A stretch of 64,000 nucleotides of DNA from a bacterium. GTDB taxonomy: Bacteria; UBA8248. Made by a program: the position numbers and the translations under genes. The stretch spans positions 2,880,001 to 2,944,000 of the forward strand of contig CBDBZU010000004.1 in assembly GCA_965213625.1 (NCBI GenBank), read 5' to 3'. The notes below the pieces were generated by a model. It saw only the letters and a program-made list of their open reading frames with translations, was not told the origin of the DNA and ran no database searches. This document shows positions 9,105 through 18,976 of the stretch, one piece after another (the stretch's first letter is position 1; each line of letters opens with the position of its first letter).

Positions 9105-10565
9105 TCAAAGAATCTCGCCGGTGAACTCAGTTCGCACCCGATCCTTGAGCGAGCGTATGGCCTTGAGGGACATCTTGAGGACCTGCTTCTCCCTCCGTGA
9201 GATTGCCGACTTCCTCACGTAGCGCGTCGCCTTCCTGATACGCTTGAAATCCCTGAGTTGCTGTCGCAGCAGCATGAACGTCATATTTTCCAGGGCGGCG
9301 GTATAATCATCGACCTCATCATTGCTGAAAATCCCCGCCTCGTGCAGCAGGCTGATGCGCTCGTAGGTGGAGGTGGCCTCCAGACCCTCTTTCAGGGCGA
9401 GTAGCCGCACCGCTCCAATAAGTGGAAGAATGCCCCCGTGCTTCAGGTTAATCGCCTGCGGCAGGCCCTCTCCCGTTTTTTCCGTACGCAGCATGCCGAA
9501 CAGACCGAGAGCGACGTGCCTGTCGGCCTCGGTCTGGAACATCGCCTGAAGAACGGCTGGTTCTTTCTGCACGAAAGTAGTGAGGTGATTCCGCAACTCT
9601 TGTCCCAGCGAGAGATCTCCGCAAACGGTGTCGAAATCGAAAAAGACGTCGCTCAGCTGCACCTGGAAAGTGCTCCTCTTCTGGAACCAGCGAAGGGTCT
9701 GTTGCTTCCATTCGGAAATCGATTTGCGCCAAAGCGGGTTCGTGGCCATGACGTTGCCGTCGCACAAGGGGAAGCCGATGGCTTCGAGGTTCCAGGTCAG
9801 CAGTTCCGAGAACTGGATGAAGTAGTCGTTGACTTCGTTGTGCCGCTCCACGGGATAGTCTTCGAAAATGATGCCGTTGTCCTGATCGGGGTTGATGAAG
9901 TTCTCCCCCCGGCCGCTCGAACCCATGACGATCACGGCGTACCGTACAGGCGGCTCGCCCCCGCCTGCCGCTTCGATGGTCCCCGTCACTTTTTCGGCCA
10001 CGCGGCGGTAGATGTCGTTGTTCACATGCGTGAGCAGCGCCTGAATTTCGGGCGCGGTGAGGTTGTCCTCGAGCAGTTCCTGCGCCACAACCGTCTGCAC
10101 GGCTTTCACCTCTTGCAAGCCGTAGAGTTCAGGTACCTGCGTGAGTGCGTCGATGTGATCCACCACATGCGCGGCCGCTACGGCCATGGCGTCTTGCAAG
10201 TCGAGCAGTCCGAGCGGGCGGTTCGCTTCGTCCACAACGGGCATGTGCCGGTGGCCGAGGCGACGCATGCGCGCAATGGTGTGATAGAGGTAGTCCCCCT
10301 TATTCGCGGAGTAGACGCGGGGCGTCATCACCTGCTCTATGGATTCAGAGCCGTCGCACCGCAGCGCGACGCGGCGCGTCACGTCTTTCTCCGTGAAAAT
10401 GCCTGAAAGTTTGTTTTCCTCATCCGTCACGAGAACGCACGTTGCGCCCGTCTCCGCCATTCGGGAAATGACCAGCCTGAGATTTTCGGAAGCCGGAACG
10501 ATGAGCGAATCGGTTTTGAGAAAGTCATCCACAAGACATGAGAAAATTCTCGTCTGGGATTTCAT
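9105..10565 (-). CDS. CBS-domain + DUF294 nucleotidyltransferase-like protein
   Basis: CBS pair (GIFTEKD, RHMPVVD), MGSSGRGE...DQDNG, LCDGNVMATNPLW, FFDF, NLKHGG. Confidence 0.88.
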   Translation of the reverse strand: MKSQTRIFSCLVDDFLKTDSLIVPASENLRLVISRMAETGATCVLVTDEENKLSGIFTEKDVTRRVALRCDGSESIEQVMTPRVYSANKGDYLYHTIARMRRLGHRHMPVVDEANRPLGLLDLQDAMAVAAAHVVDHIDALTQVPELYGLQEVKAVQTVVAQELLEDNLTAPEIQALLTHVNNDIYRRVAEKVTGTIEAAGGGEPPVRYAVIVMGSSGRGENFINPDQDNGIIFEDYPVERHNEVNDYFIQFSELLTWNLEAIGFPLCDGNVMATNPLWRKSISEWKQQTLRWFQKRSTFQVQLSDVFFDFDTVCGDLSLGQELRNHLTTFVQKEPAVLQAMFQTEADRHVALGLFGMLRTEKTGEGLPQAINLKHGGILPLIGAVRLLALKEGLEATSTYERISLLHEAGIFSNDEVDDYTAALENMTFMLLRQQLRDFKRIRKATRYVRKSAISRREKQVLKMSLKAIRSLKDRVRTEFTGEIL

Positions 10566-10642
10566 GGCTTCTGTGTCCGTTATCAAGGCGGATGTTCGGG
10601 AACATCTCGTGTTCACGGCGCGTTAATGAGCAATAGTATAGC

Positions 10643-11560
10643 TTAGTTCTTCATGTGTTTGTCCAAATAAGCGATGCACTTCGCAATCGCCGCAGCTTGC
10701 GTTTCATCGACGGCGTATTCCCCATCCCCTCCCCGCTCGGGATAGATGTAGCCGTGCATCGGGTGATCGTATGACACCCACTCGACGTCCCTCCCCGCCT
10801 CGACCATCAAATCGTACGTGACGCGGAAGATGCCCTGTAAATGATCCTCATCCCTACCCATGATGAGTATCGGCGTTTTGATACTTTTAATCCTCCTGAG
10901 CGCCAGTTCTTCGTTGATGCGCGCCCTGACTTTTTCGACTTCCTCCATCATCATGCCCTCGATGTTTCTGAGTTGCGTCTCCTCGTTCACGAAGGCAGTA
11001 TCGTCCGGTGCTAAGTCCAGGAATTCATGGGAGGCCGGTTCGCAGGCCACGCAGGCACGCGCGCCACCGTATTCAGATGTGAGCTTGAGGATCATCTCGC
11101 CCGCGTGGCTCACGCCCATCAGGCCGATACGCTCCCCGTCCACCTCGGGCAGCGTCTTCACGTATTCGATGATCGCGATCTCGTCTTCATACTCGAGCGG
11201 GGAGCGATTCAGGAGCTGGCGGCCCTGGCGGATATCCTCGACGAGGGGGCCGCCGTTGTTGTAGCCGAGCTCCACCTCGGCGCGGTATCTCAGCCAGGCG
11301 CAGGAGTAGCCCGCCGCGAGCAGGCGCTCCTGGATGCAGCCCATGTTCCGGGTCGCCTCGCGCACCCAGGCCATGCCGCCACCGCCGTTCCCCCGCCCGA
11401 GCAATATGGTTGGATGCGGTCCAGCGCCAGCGGGCGTCCTCAGCCCTATCGGCGCATACACGCCGTCGAGCAGTTCGACGTACATCAGGTGAACCGGGTA
11501 TTCGGAACCCGGCACGGGCTCGGTGACGACGACGCGCTCGGGGTCGATATCATATTGCAC
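10643..11560 (-). CDS. Alpha/beta hydrolase (S9/dienelactone hydrolase-like)
   Basis: VDGERIGLMGVSHAG nucleophile elbow; PILIMGRDED; HPMHGY. Confidence 0.75.
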   Translation of the reverse strand: MQYDIDPERVVVTEPVPGSEYPVHLMYVELLDGVYAPIGLRTPAGAGPHPTILLGRGNGGGGMAWVREATRNMGCIQERLLAAGYSCAWLRYRAEVELGYNNGGPLVEDIRQGRQLLNRSPLEYEDEIAIIEYVKTLPEVDGERIGLMGVSHAGEMILKLTSEYGGARACVACEPASHEFLDLAPDDTAFVNEETQLRNIEGMMMEEVEKVRARINEELALRRIKSIKTPILIMGRDEDHLQGIFRVTYDLMVEAGRDVEWVSYDHPMHGYIYPERGGDGEYAVDETQAAAIAKCIAYLDKHMKN

Positions 11561-11760
11561 GACAGTTGCTCCTCATTCGCTTTTTAGTGAGCAGGGTGGA
11601 CCCGTCCATCATCACACACGATACGCGAAGGCGAAAAGCGCAGGCGTATTCTTTACAGGAGAAATTGCAGGCGCGTTTCCCCTATTCCCGCCTTGTGAGA
11701 GAATCCCGCACGCATAACGAATGCCTTTTATCCGCCATCCGTTTCAGGAAGGAAGATGCC

Positions 11761-12054
11761 ATGGCCGAGACGCATTGCCCTGATTGCGGGGCTGAAATAT
11801 CCGGTAGCGATGCCTGCCCCGCATGCGGAGAATCAACCGAAGTGAAACCCGCAGATGACGCCGTCGACGACAGACCCTTGAATGTCATCGACGCCAAACC
11901 GATCGTCGTGAAGGTCATGTGGGGCACGGGCGCATTGATGCTCTGCGGCGGCCTGGGCGCGCTTTCCATCGGCGCCACGAAGCCGGCCGTGGGTTTACTT
12001 GGTCTCGGCGCTCTTATCTTCGCCGGCTCATACGCGGTCGACTGGTGGACTTGA
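11761..12054 (+). CDS. Small membrane protein with N-terminal zinc ribbon
   Basis: CPDCG...CPACG followed by two hydrophobic helices; RBS AGGAAGGA. Confidence 0.6.
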   Translation: MAETHCPDCGAEISGSDACPACGESTEVKPADDAVDDRPLNVIDAKPIVVKVMWGTGALMLCGGLGALSIGATKPAVGLLGLGALIFAGSYAVDWWT

Positions 12055-12096
12055 GTTATCAAAAGTCTTCTGTAACGAATCGCGGATTTCCGGCTC

Positions 12097-12591
12097 CTAT
12101 TTGGCTGCCTCTGAGGTTTCTTTCTTCTCGGTTTCTTTTTCTTTTTTCATTTTTTCGGCCAGTTCTTTTTTCAACTCCTGATACTTTTTCTTGAGAGCAT
12201 CGGGGGCCGAATCCTCAGGCTCCATCAGGACGCTTACTTTTGTTGGATATTCCTGCGCCGCGCCGCTTGCGGCATCAACCAGAATCCCGATTCCACCGCC
12301 GAGAATAATGTTTCCCAGGGTGGCAGATACTAAAGTTTCATCGAACGAGTGCGTTGTTTTTTTGAAACCTTTTTTCTCGCACGTTAAAACCATCGGCCCA
12401 TCTCCCTTGTGAACTGACGTCGCGCTAGGAGTGTTCACCCAGTTATATCTTCTGCCTCGCTTGTCAATACCTGTGCAGGATGCACCTTTTGCGTTTATGA
12501 CATCGACCAGAATGGATTGGGATGTGCCGGAAACCAAAGTCGCACAGCCGGAAGTGAGTAGTACCAAGAACGCAGTGATCAGAATACGCAT
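12097..12591 (-). CDS. Hypothetical lipoprotein
   Basis: Lipobox LTSG-C; GNIILGGGIGILVDAASGA glycine-rich segment; lower GC than flanks. Confidence 0.75.
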   Translation of the reverse strand: MRILITAFLVLLTSGCATLVSGTSQSILVDVINAKGASCTGIDKRGRRYNWVNTPSATSVHKGDGPMVLTCEKKGFKKTTHSFDETLVSATLGNIILGGGIGILVDAASGAAQEYPTKVSVLMEPEDSAPDALKKKYQELKKELAEKMKKEKETEKKETSEAAK

Positions 12592-12767
12592 CTAACCTTA
12601 CCTCGTGGATTGGTGTGAAAAATGAAAGGAAATTTATTTCCTGGGTCGGTCGGAGATATAGGAAAGATTACAAATAATGTCAATTACATTAGAAGTAATT
12701 AGAGTGAAATTTAAGATGAGAGGTATTTGTTCCTGGAGAATGGCGGACGGGGACGATTGGCTCAATG

Positions 12768-12844
12768 TGGTACCCCCGGCAGGACTCGAACCTGCGGCCT
12801 ACGGATTAGGAATCCGGCGCTCTATCCTGCTGAGCTACGGGGGC
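12768..12844 (-). tRNA. tRNA-Arg(CCT)
   Basis: GCCCCCGTAGCTCAG...CCGGA-TTCCTAA-TCCGT...GGTTCGAGTCC...ACCA cloverleaf. Confidence 0.96.
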
Positions 12845-12869
12845 ATGGTTGCGCCCGGTGAGGCGCGCG

Positions 12870-13397
12870 TCAGTCGTATCGTATCAAAGAGCGCACGAGG
12901 TGTGGAGCGAGCTTGTCGCGTCCGTTCAGGAACGCCAGTTCGATGAGGAAGGAAAAGCCGTGGATGCTCCCGCCCAGCGAATCGACGAGGGATATGCAGG
13001 CGGAGGCGGTGCCGCCGGTGGCGAGCACGTCGTCTGCGATGAGCACCCTGTCGCCGGGCGCGATGGCGTCTTTGTGAATCTCGAGCGTATCGGTGCCATA
13101 TTCGAGATCATAGGTGGCCTGGGTCTTCTCCCACGGAAGTTTTCCCGCTTTTCTCACCAGCACGAAGCCCGCGCCGAGTTTATAGGCGATGGGCGCTCCG
13201 ATGATGAAGCCGCGAGCCTCGACGCCCAGAACGACGTCGATTCCCTCGCCCATCAGAGGCTCCGCCGCCATGTCCACCGCTTTCTGGAAGGCCCGGGGGT
13301 TCTGGAACATGGGCGTGATGTCCTTGAACAGAATCCCCTCTTTGGGGAAATCGGGCACGTCGCGAATGTGCGCCAGAAGCTGATTGATGTCGGACAT
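12870..13397 (-). CDS. apt: Adenine phosphoribosyltransferase
   Basis: IRDVPDFPKEGILFKDITP, EARGF, RKAGKLP, LEYG, DDVLATGGT. Confidence 0.96.
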   Translation of the reverse strand: MSDINQLLAHIRDVPDFPKEGILFKDITPMFQNPRAFQKAVDMAAEPLMGEGIDVVLGVEARGFIIGAPIAYKLGAGFVLVRKAGKLPWEKTQATYDLEYGTDTLEIHKDAIAPGDRVLIADDVLATGGTASACISLVDSLGGSIHGFSFLIELAFLNGRDKLAPHLVRSLIRYD

Positions 13398-13552
13398 GGA
13401 ATCTACCCCTCGTGGATGTGTGAGCTCTTGATTCTTCTTGATGTTCCCTGCCGGGTTCGTCACGGCCCATTCGCCGGTTTCTCATCCGGTGGACAAGAGA
13501 ACCCTAGATAGCACTCTCTTCCCGGCATGTCATCACGACGCCCGCCTGAAAT

Positions 13553-14449
13553 TTATGGCAAGTAGGAGAGCGGGTTCCGGGGCCGCGTGCGATGGCGGAT
13601 CTCGAAATGGAGGCGCGCGGTCTTAAAACGCGGCGTGCGGCCCGTAAGTGCGATGGGCGCGCCGCGCGAGACACTCTGCCCCTTGCGCACGAGGTTCCGG
13701 GCGACGTTGGCGTAGATGGAGTGGTACTCGCCCCCGTGGTGGCGCAGGATGATGAGGCGCCCCATGTTACCGGGGCCGAAATCAGAATAGATGACGCGGC
13801 CGGACGCCGCTGCGCGAACCTCGGCGCGCTCGCGTGCGGCGATGATGATGCCGTCCGCTTTGTGGCTGCCACTACCCCTGAAGCGGCGTATCACGCGCCC
13901 GCGCAGTGGCCAGGAGAATTTCGGGCCCTTGCCGCGCGCCCTTCGGTACGCCGTATTCCTATTCTTTGTGCGGCGTGTTCGAACCGTGTTCTTAGGCTTC
14001 CTGGATGGTTTCCGGGTCGGCCTTACGGAAGCCTTCCGGCGCGGTGCCTTTCTGGGCAGTGGCGCCGCCCAGCGCGGGCGGCTTTTGGGCGGCGTGGAGC
14101 TGACGTTCTTCCGGACGAGGCGGGCGGTTCTCGCTCCGGGGATGAAGAGCCGCACGCCTATTTCGATGCGATCCGGGTTGTCGATGCCGTTCAGGACGGC
14201 GATCTGCTCGACCTCCACCCCGTAGGCGCGCCCGATGCGCCAGAGGTTCTCGCCGCGCTTGACGATGTGGTGGACGCCGCCGACGCCTCGGCTGCTCTTC
14301 GTGGGCGGCGGCAGCGGGGGCGCGACGAACGCGCAACCGGTGAGCAAAGCGAGAAACAAGACAAGAGCGTTGCGCCGCTTGGCGCGCCATCTCGAAGAAC
14401 CCGATGCGGGCGAAATATCTGATATGGGCAGATCCATGCCGTCCCTCAT
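13553..14449 (-). CDS. LysM + M23 peptidase lipoprotein (NlpD-like)
   Basis: Lipobox LTG-C, LysM HIVKRGENLWRIG, degenerate M23 domain (LHFEIR). Confidence 0.85.
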   Translation of the reverse strand: MRDGMDLPISDISPASGSSRWRAKRRNALVLFLALLTGCAFVAPPLPPPTKSSRGVGGVHHIVKRGENLWRIGRAYGVEVEQIAVLNGIDNPDRIEIGVRLFIPGARTARLVRKNVSSTPPKSRPRWAAPLPRKAPRRKASVRPTRKPSRKPKNTVRTRRTKNRNTAYRRARGKGPKFSWPLRGRVIRRFRGSGSHKADGIIIAARERAEVRAAASGRVIYSDFGPGNMGRLIILRHHGGEYHSIYANVARNLVRKGQSVSRGAPIALTGRTPRFKTARLHFEIRHRTRPRNPLSYLP

Positions 14450-14895
14450 GAGTAGCCCAGGGCCATCCGCACGGCCTCGCGGGCGTTCGCCGCAGGCACG
14501 ACTCCCGCCGGGCTTTCCTCGCGCCCCAGCGAGACGACCCGCTTGCCGAGCTTGAGGCCGATAGCGATTTCGGAGAGGGTGCCGTGCGCGCCCGACATGG
14601 CGATGAGCGCATGGGCCGTCGCCGCGATGACGACGTTTCTGGCGTGGCCCATTCCGGTGACGACGGGAATGTCGATGAACGGGTTGGCGGACTCAGGCTC
14701 ATACGTGGGCAGGACGCCCACCGTGAGGCCGCCCGCTTCCTTCGCTCCGCGCGCCGCGGTCTCCATGACGCCGCCAAGCCCCCCGCACACCAGCACGGCG
14801 CCCGCGCGCGCAATCTCGGCGCCCGCCTCCTCGGCCAGGGCGGCCGTTTCAGGAGCCGGATCGGAATCGCCGATGACGCCGATGATGGTTCGCAT
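14446..14895 (-). CDS. LOG-family protein (TIGR00725-like)
   Basis: LVCGGLGGVME, TGMGHARN, GTLSEI. Confidence 0.88.
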   Translation of the reverse strand: MRTIIGVIGDSDPAPETAALAEEAGAEIARAGAVLVCGGLGGVMETAARGAKEAGGLTVGVLPTYEPESANPFIDIPVVTGMGHARNVVIAATAHALIAMSGAHGTLSEIAIGLKLGKRVVSLGREESPAGVVPAANAREAVRMALGYS

Positions 14896-15034
14896 CAGAT
14901 AATCCCGGGGCGGATTTCAGACTTCCTGATTCTATCGGGCGTGCGGCTCGCGTCAAGTAGCGGTGCGCGAAGGGGTCAGTGAAATACTTTCATCAGGCCT
15001 TATGTCCCGCAGCCCGAGCAAGCGCCCTGAACCC

Positions 15035-15146
15035 CTCATCCTGAGTAGGCGCGTAAGCGCCGTATCGAAGGACCGGGGAGCGCATCTCTTCGGCGGGCGC
15101 AAAATTTCGCCCTTCGATACGCGGCTCCGCCGCTACTCAGGGTGAG
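15035..15146. repeat. REP doublet, same family as 8191-8273
   Basis: CTCATCCTGAGTAG...CGTATCGAAGG / CCTTCGATACG...CTACTCAGGGTGAG. Confidence 0.75.
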
Positions 15147-15227
15147 GCGGGGTTGCGGGCTGCGCAGGACCAGGAGGGGGACTGCGCCGTATCGGCTTTT
15201 CAACAACCCTTCTCCGGGGTCTGCGCC

Positions 15228-16415
15228 CTATCCACCCTCGGGAACGACTACCTGTTTATTGTGGTCCGCGGGCAGACGGTTATTCAGCGAGTGCAGCATC
15301 CAGTCCGCGATGGCGGGGTACATGTCCGCCGCGACCTCGCCCATGGGATGGAAGACGCCCTCATAGAGCCAGAGCTCGCGCGGGCACGTGAGGTGCGAGA
15401 AGAACACGTCGATATCGTCCGGCGTGCAAAGCTCGTCCATGTCGCCCGCCACGAGGAGGTAGTTCGACTTCATCTTGCCCACCAGGGGCAGCCAGATGCT
15501 GTCGCGCTCCTCCACGAACTCGTCGAACGCATCCTCATCCAGGATGTTCGTCATGTACATGTAGATGCGTTTGAAGTTGGGCTGGGCCTGGTCGAAGATG
15601 ATGTCCGAGGGCCCCACGTTCGCCATCTGGCCGACGACAGTGTTGACGCGCTCGTCCTGGGCAGCGATTTCCACCGTCCAGCGGCTGCCCATGCTCATGC
15701 CCATGATGCCGATTTTTGAGGAATCCACCTCGTCGCGCCCGGTGAGCCAGTCGATGACCTTGCTGCCCGCGCGCGCGTAGTTGTGGTGGTCCACCCACAC
15801 CTGGTTGATGTTGCACTCGCCCTGCCCTGGGCCGTCCATGATGGCGAAGTTCATGCCGCGCGCATGGAACCAGTTGTTGTAGGGCAGAAGCCCGTCTTCC
15901 TTGATCATGTCCATGCCGGGGATGAGGAGCACGGTGGGTTTCGGCCCCTCCCCTTCCGCAGGCCAGAAATAGAAATAGGCGTTCTTGCCAGGGTCGAATT
16001 CCACCTGGTGTTTCTGGATGTCGCCGCCCCTGACTTCGCGCATCTTGTCGAAACAGCGCGCGACGCCCGCGTAGTATTCCTTCTTGCGCGGGTGTCCATC
16101 GACGGGGATGAGGTGCTGGCCGCGCCCGTAGCAAAGGCCCGCGCGGTTGTAGTGCATGGCGGCGGTCACGAGGTTTCCCGCCTCTTCCGCGGCTGTCGCC
16201 TTCTGCTCCTGAAGTGCGGCCTGCTTGCCCCACAGGAGGGGAATGGAGCGCCTGCCCGAGACCTTCGAGTAGACGGCTTCCAGGTCCTGGTGGCGGAAAC
16301 CCCGCTCATAGCGCGTGCCCATGATGCCGGGGTGGAGAACGTCTTCGTTGTCTGAGAGTTTAAGGAAATTGTCGAAAATCCAGTTCTGATTCGCGCGTGA
16401 CGCCTGTCTTCTCAT
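15228..16415 (-). CDS. Alpha/beta hydrolase (FrsA / 2,6-dihydroxypseudooxynicotine hydrolase-like)
   Basis: PGMDMIKE, DGPGQGE, GMSMG nucleophile, GDMDEL, GVFHP; RBS GGAGAAGG. Confidence 0.8.
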   Translation of the reverse strand: MRRQASRANQNWIFDNFLKLSDNEDVLHPGIMGTRYERGFRHQDLEAVYSKVSGRRSIPLLWGKQAALQEQKATAAEEAGNLVTAAMHYNRAGLCYGRGQHLIPVDGHPRKKEYYAGVARCFDKMREVRGGDIQKHQVEFDPGKNAYFYFWPAEGEGPKPTVLLIPGMDMIKEDGLLPYNNWFHARGMNFAIMDGPGQGECNINQVWVDHHNYARAGSKVIDWLTGRDEVDSSKIGIMGMSMGSRWTVEIAAQDERVNTVVGQMANVGPSDIIFDQAQPNFKRIYMYMTNILDEDAFDEFVEERDSIWLPLVGKMKSNYLLVAGDMDELCTPDDIDVFFSHLTCPRELWLYEGVFHPMGEVAADMYPAIADWMLHSLNNRLPADHNKQVVVPEGG

Positions 16416-16709
16416 GCCGCTACCTTCTCCTTTCGTATGGGTGATGAGGCGAGATTTTTCTCTCGCCGCTTTCAAGTCGATATAACGCCGGATTTGGCTC
16501 GCTATCTTCGGGCCAGCAGCCATTCCGGGTCAACCGCCTCAGGCGATCTCCGATAAAATGATTTTTTCCCGATTGTATTTGCCGAATCCATTGATTTTGT
16601 GTAGATTTTCGTTTTTGTTTTTTCCAGAACAGCAGGGCTTGAAGTATTCATGCGAGTCCTCTCGCGCCCCTGCCGAAATCTTTTCTTTTTGAAAAAGAGG
16701 GTTATTGGA

Positions 16710-18014
16710 ATGACAGTGGAAACAGAGTTGGAATTGAACAACAACGAAACCATCGTTCTTCACGCCGGATACCGCAAGGACCCAACCACGAACGCCGTGG
16801 CCGTGCCGATCTACCAGACGTCCTCCTACCAGTTCGACAGCACGGACCATGCGGCCGATCTTTTCGCGTTGAAGGAACTGGGCAACATCTACACGCGAAT
16901 CATGAACCCGACGAACGACGTGCTGGAAAAACGCCTGGCGGCGCTCGAGGGCGGCGTCGGTGGCCTCGCGGTCTCCTCGGGCCAGTCGGCCTCGATGATG
17001 GCCGTGATGAACGTGGCCCGCGCCGGGGACAACATCGTGAGTTCGACGGACCTCTACGGCGGCACGTGGAACCTCTTCGCCAACCAGCTGGATGACATCG
17101 GCATCGAGTGCCGCTTCGTGGACCCGACAGACCCGGAGAATTTCGTAAAAGCGACGGACGATAAGACGCGCGCCTACTACGCCGAGACGCTGCCGAACCC
17201 GAAGCTGCACGTCTTCCCGATACAGGAAGTCTCAGACCTCGGGCGTGAGCTGGGGATTCCCCTCATCATGGACAACACGGCGGCCCATGGCCTCTGCAAA
17301 CCCTTCGAGCACGGCGCGGCCGTCATCGCTTCCTCCTGCACGAAATACATCGGCGGGCACGGCAACTCCATCGGCGGCATCATCATCGACGCCGGAAACT
17401 TCGACTGGGAGGCGCACCCCGAGAGACAGCCCTACCTCAACCAGCCGGACCCGAGCTACCACGGCGCCGTGTGGTCCCAAGCCGTCAAACCGCTCGGCCC
17501 CATCGCCTACATCATCAAGGCGCGCGTCACGCTCCTGCGCGACTCCGGCCAGGCGATGAGCCCCTTCAACACCTTCCTGTTCTTACAAGGCCTGGAAACC
17601 CTGCCCCTGCGGATGGAGCGCCACTGCGAAAACGCCGCCGCCGCGGCGGAATACCTGAACGGCCACCCCAAGGTGAACACCACGATTTTCCCGGGTCTCA
17701 TGAACGGGGAGTTCCGCAACCGCGCCGACACGTATCTCAAGGGCGGCTACGGCGGGCTGGTTGGAATCGACCTCGCAGGCGGCTTTGAGGCGGGCCAGAA
17801 CTTCATCAACGCGCTCAAGATGTTCTACCACGTGGCGAACATCGGCGACTCGAGGAGCCTCGCCATCCACCCGGCGAGCACCACGCACTCCCAGCTCAGC
17901 TCCGAGGAGCAGGAGCAGACGGGCGTGACGCCTGGCTACGTGCGGCTCTCCATCGGCATCGAGCACATCGACGACATCATCGCCGACCTCGAACAGGCCC
18001 TGGACGCCGCATAG
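16710..18014 (+). CDS. metY: O-acetylhomoserine sulfhydrylase (paralogue 1)
   Basis: AVPIYQTSSY, GNIYTRIMNPT, TKYIGGHG (PLP lysine), HPASTTHSQL. Confidence 0.92.
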   Translation: MTVETELELNNNETIVLHAGYRKDPTTNAVAVPIYQTSSYQFDSTDHAADLFALKELGNIYTRIMNPTNDVLEKRLAALEGGVGGLAVSSGQSASMMAVMNVARAGDNIVSSTDLYGGTWNLFANQLDDIGIECRFVDPTDPENFVKATDDKTRAYYAETLPNPKLHVFPIQEVSDLGRELGIPLIMDNTAAHGLCKPFEHGAAVIASSCTKYIGGHGNSIGGIIIDAGNFDWEAHPERQPYLNQPDPSYHGAVWSQAVKPLGPIAYIIKARVTLLRDSGQAMSPFNTFLFLQGLETLPLRMERHCENAAAAAEYLNGHPKVNTTIFPGLMNGEFRNRADTYLKGGYGGLVGIDLAGGFEAGQNFINALKMFYHVANIGDSRSLAIHPASTTHSQLSSEEQEQTGVTPGYVRLSIGIEHIDDIIADLEQALDAA

Positions 18015-18036
18015 CGCAGAGCACGAGAGAAACGAG

Positions 18037-18070
18037 AAAGAGGCGTCCCTCACCGGGCGCCTCTTTTTTT
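18037..18070 (+). terminator. Rho-independent terminator
   Basis: AAAGAGGCGTCC-loop-GGGCGCCTCTTT followed by a T run, just after metY. Confidence 0.8.
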
Positions 18071-18097
18071 GGGGTGAGCGGGAAAGCGTGGACGCGT

Positions 18098-18362
18098 GAG
18101 GGTGTTGAAAACCTCCTCCTCACTCGGAATTGACCACCACCGTCATTCCGGCGCACGCCGGAATCCATGGACTTTGCATTTTCTGTTTGTCTTATCGCTT
18201 TATCGTTTTTCATAGTCATCCTGCGATTCGAGAATCCAGTCTGTTCTGGATTCCGGCATACGCCGGAACGACGATCAAAAGCGAAGAGCAAAACCACCCT
18301 CCCGCATTGGGTAGCGCTCATTGGGGCATCACTCCCCCCTGGAGGACATTTTCAACAACCCC
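18098..18362. mobile_element. MITE-like element with IS1182-type ends carrying a GTCATTCCGGC REP doublet
   Basis: GAGGGTGTTGAAAA ... TTTTCAACAACCCC; left ~50 bp homologous to 62443-62492. Confidence 0.65.
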
Positions 18363-18374
18363 GTAACGCCTCCT

Positions 18375-18520
18375 GTAGGGACAGGCCCATGCGCCTGTCC
18401 TAGGTCGCGACCTGTCCCCCTACTGACTCCTTGGTTAGCTAGTCGGGCGACCACAGGGGGTCGCCCCTACGCATCTCCCGCGAATGGCGACCGTAGGGCA
18501 GGCTTCCATGCCTGTCCTGG
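18375..18520. repeat. Cluster of GTAG-type REP palindromes
   Basis: GTAGGGACAGGC..GCCTGTCC, GGGCGACC..GGTCGCCCCTAC, GTAGGGCAGGC..GCCTGTCC. Confidence 0.7.
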
Positions 18521-18865
18521 CGAAGGACAACCACGGAGGGCCGGACAACACTGAGCAGGGGTGGTCCGGCTACAAAACCAAACCATAGCGCCCGTCCAAG
18601 CCGCGTGAACCTCCATGCCGACTGCTTCCAAGACGGGCTTTTCAACATCCGGAAAGGACCGGATTATATATAAAGTATCTATTAATATTATCTTTGTAAT
18701 TAGCAGATTTATTTACAGATATCGAATTTAATTATTCATGGATTCGGCAAATTTTAAAGTGTTTCATGAGATATTATTGCGGATCGATCATTCCTGAGGC
18801 AGGTTCGCTGAAGGGCAAAAAGCGCATCACAGCCCGGGAAGCTGTTTATGTCGCGAAGTATGAAA

Positions 18866-18942
<77 letters not shown>

Positions 18943-18976
18943 ACACAAGCCGTGAGACGGCGGACTCGACACCCGC

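Noticed and set aside
16420-16709. SAM riboswitch upstream of metY (also checked 20800-20896)
   Set aside because: No SAM-I or SAM-II consensus found by eye; a covariance-model search would be needed to exclude one
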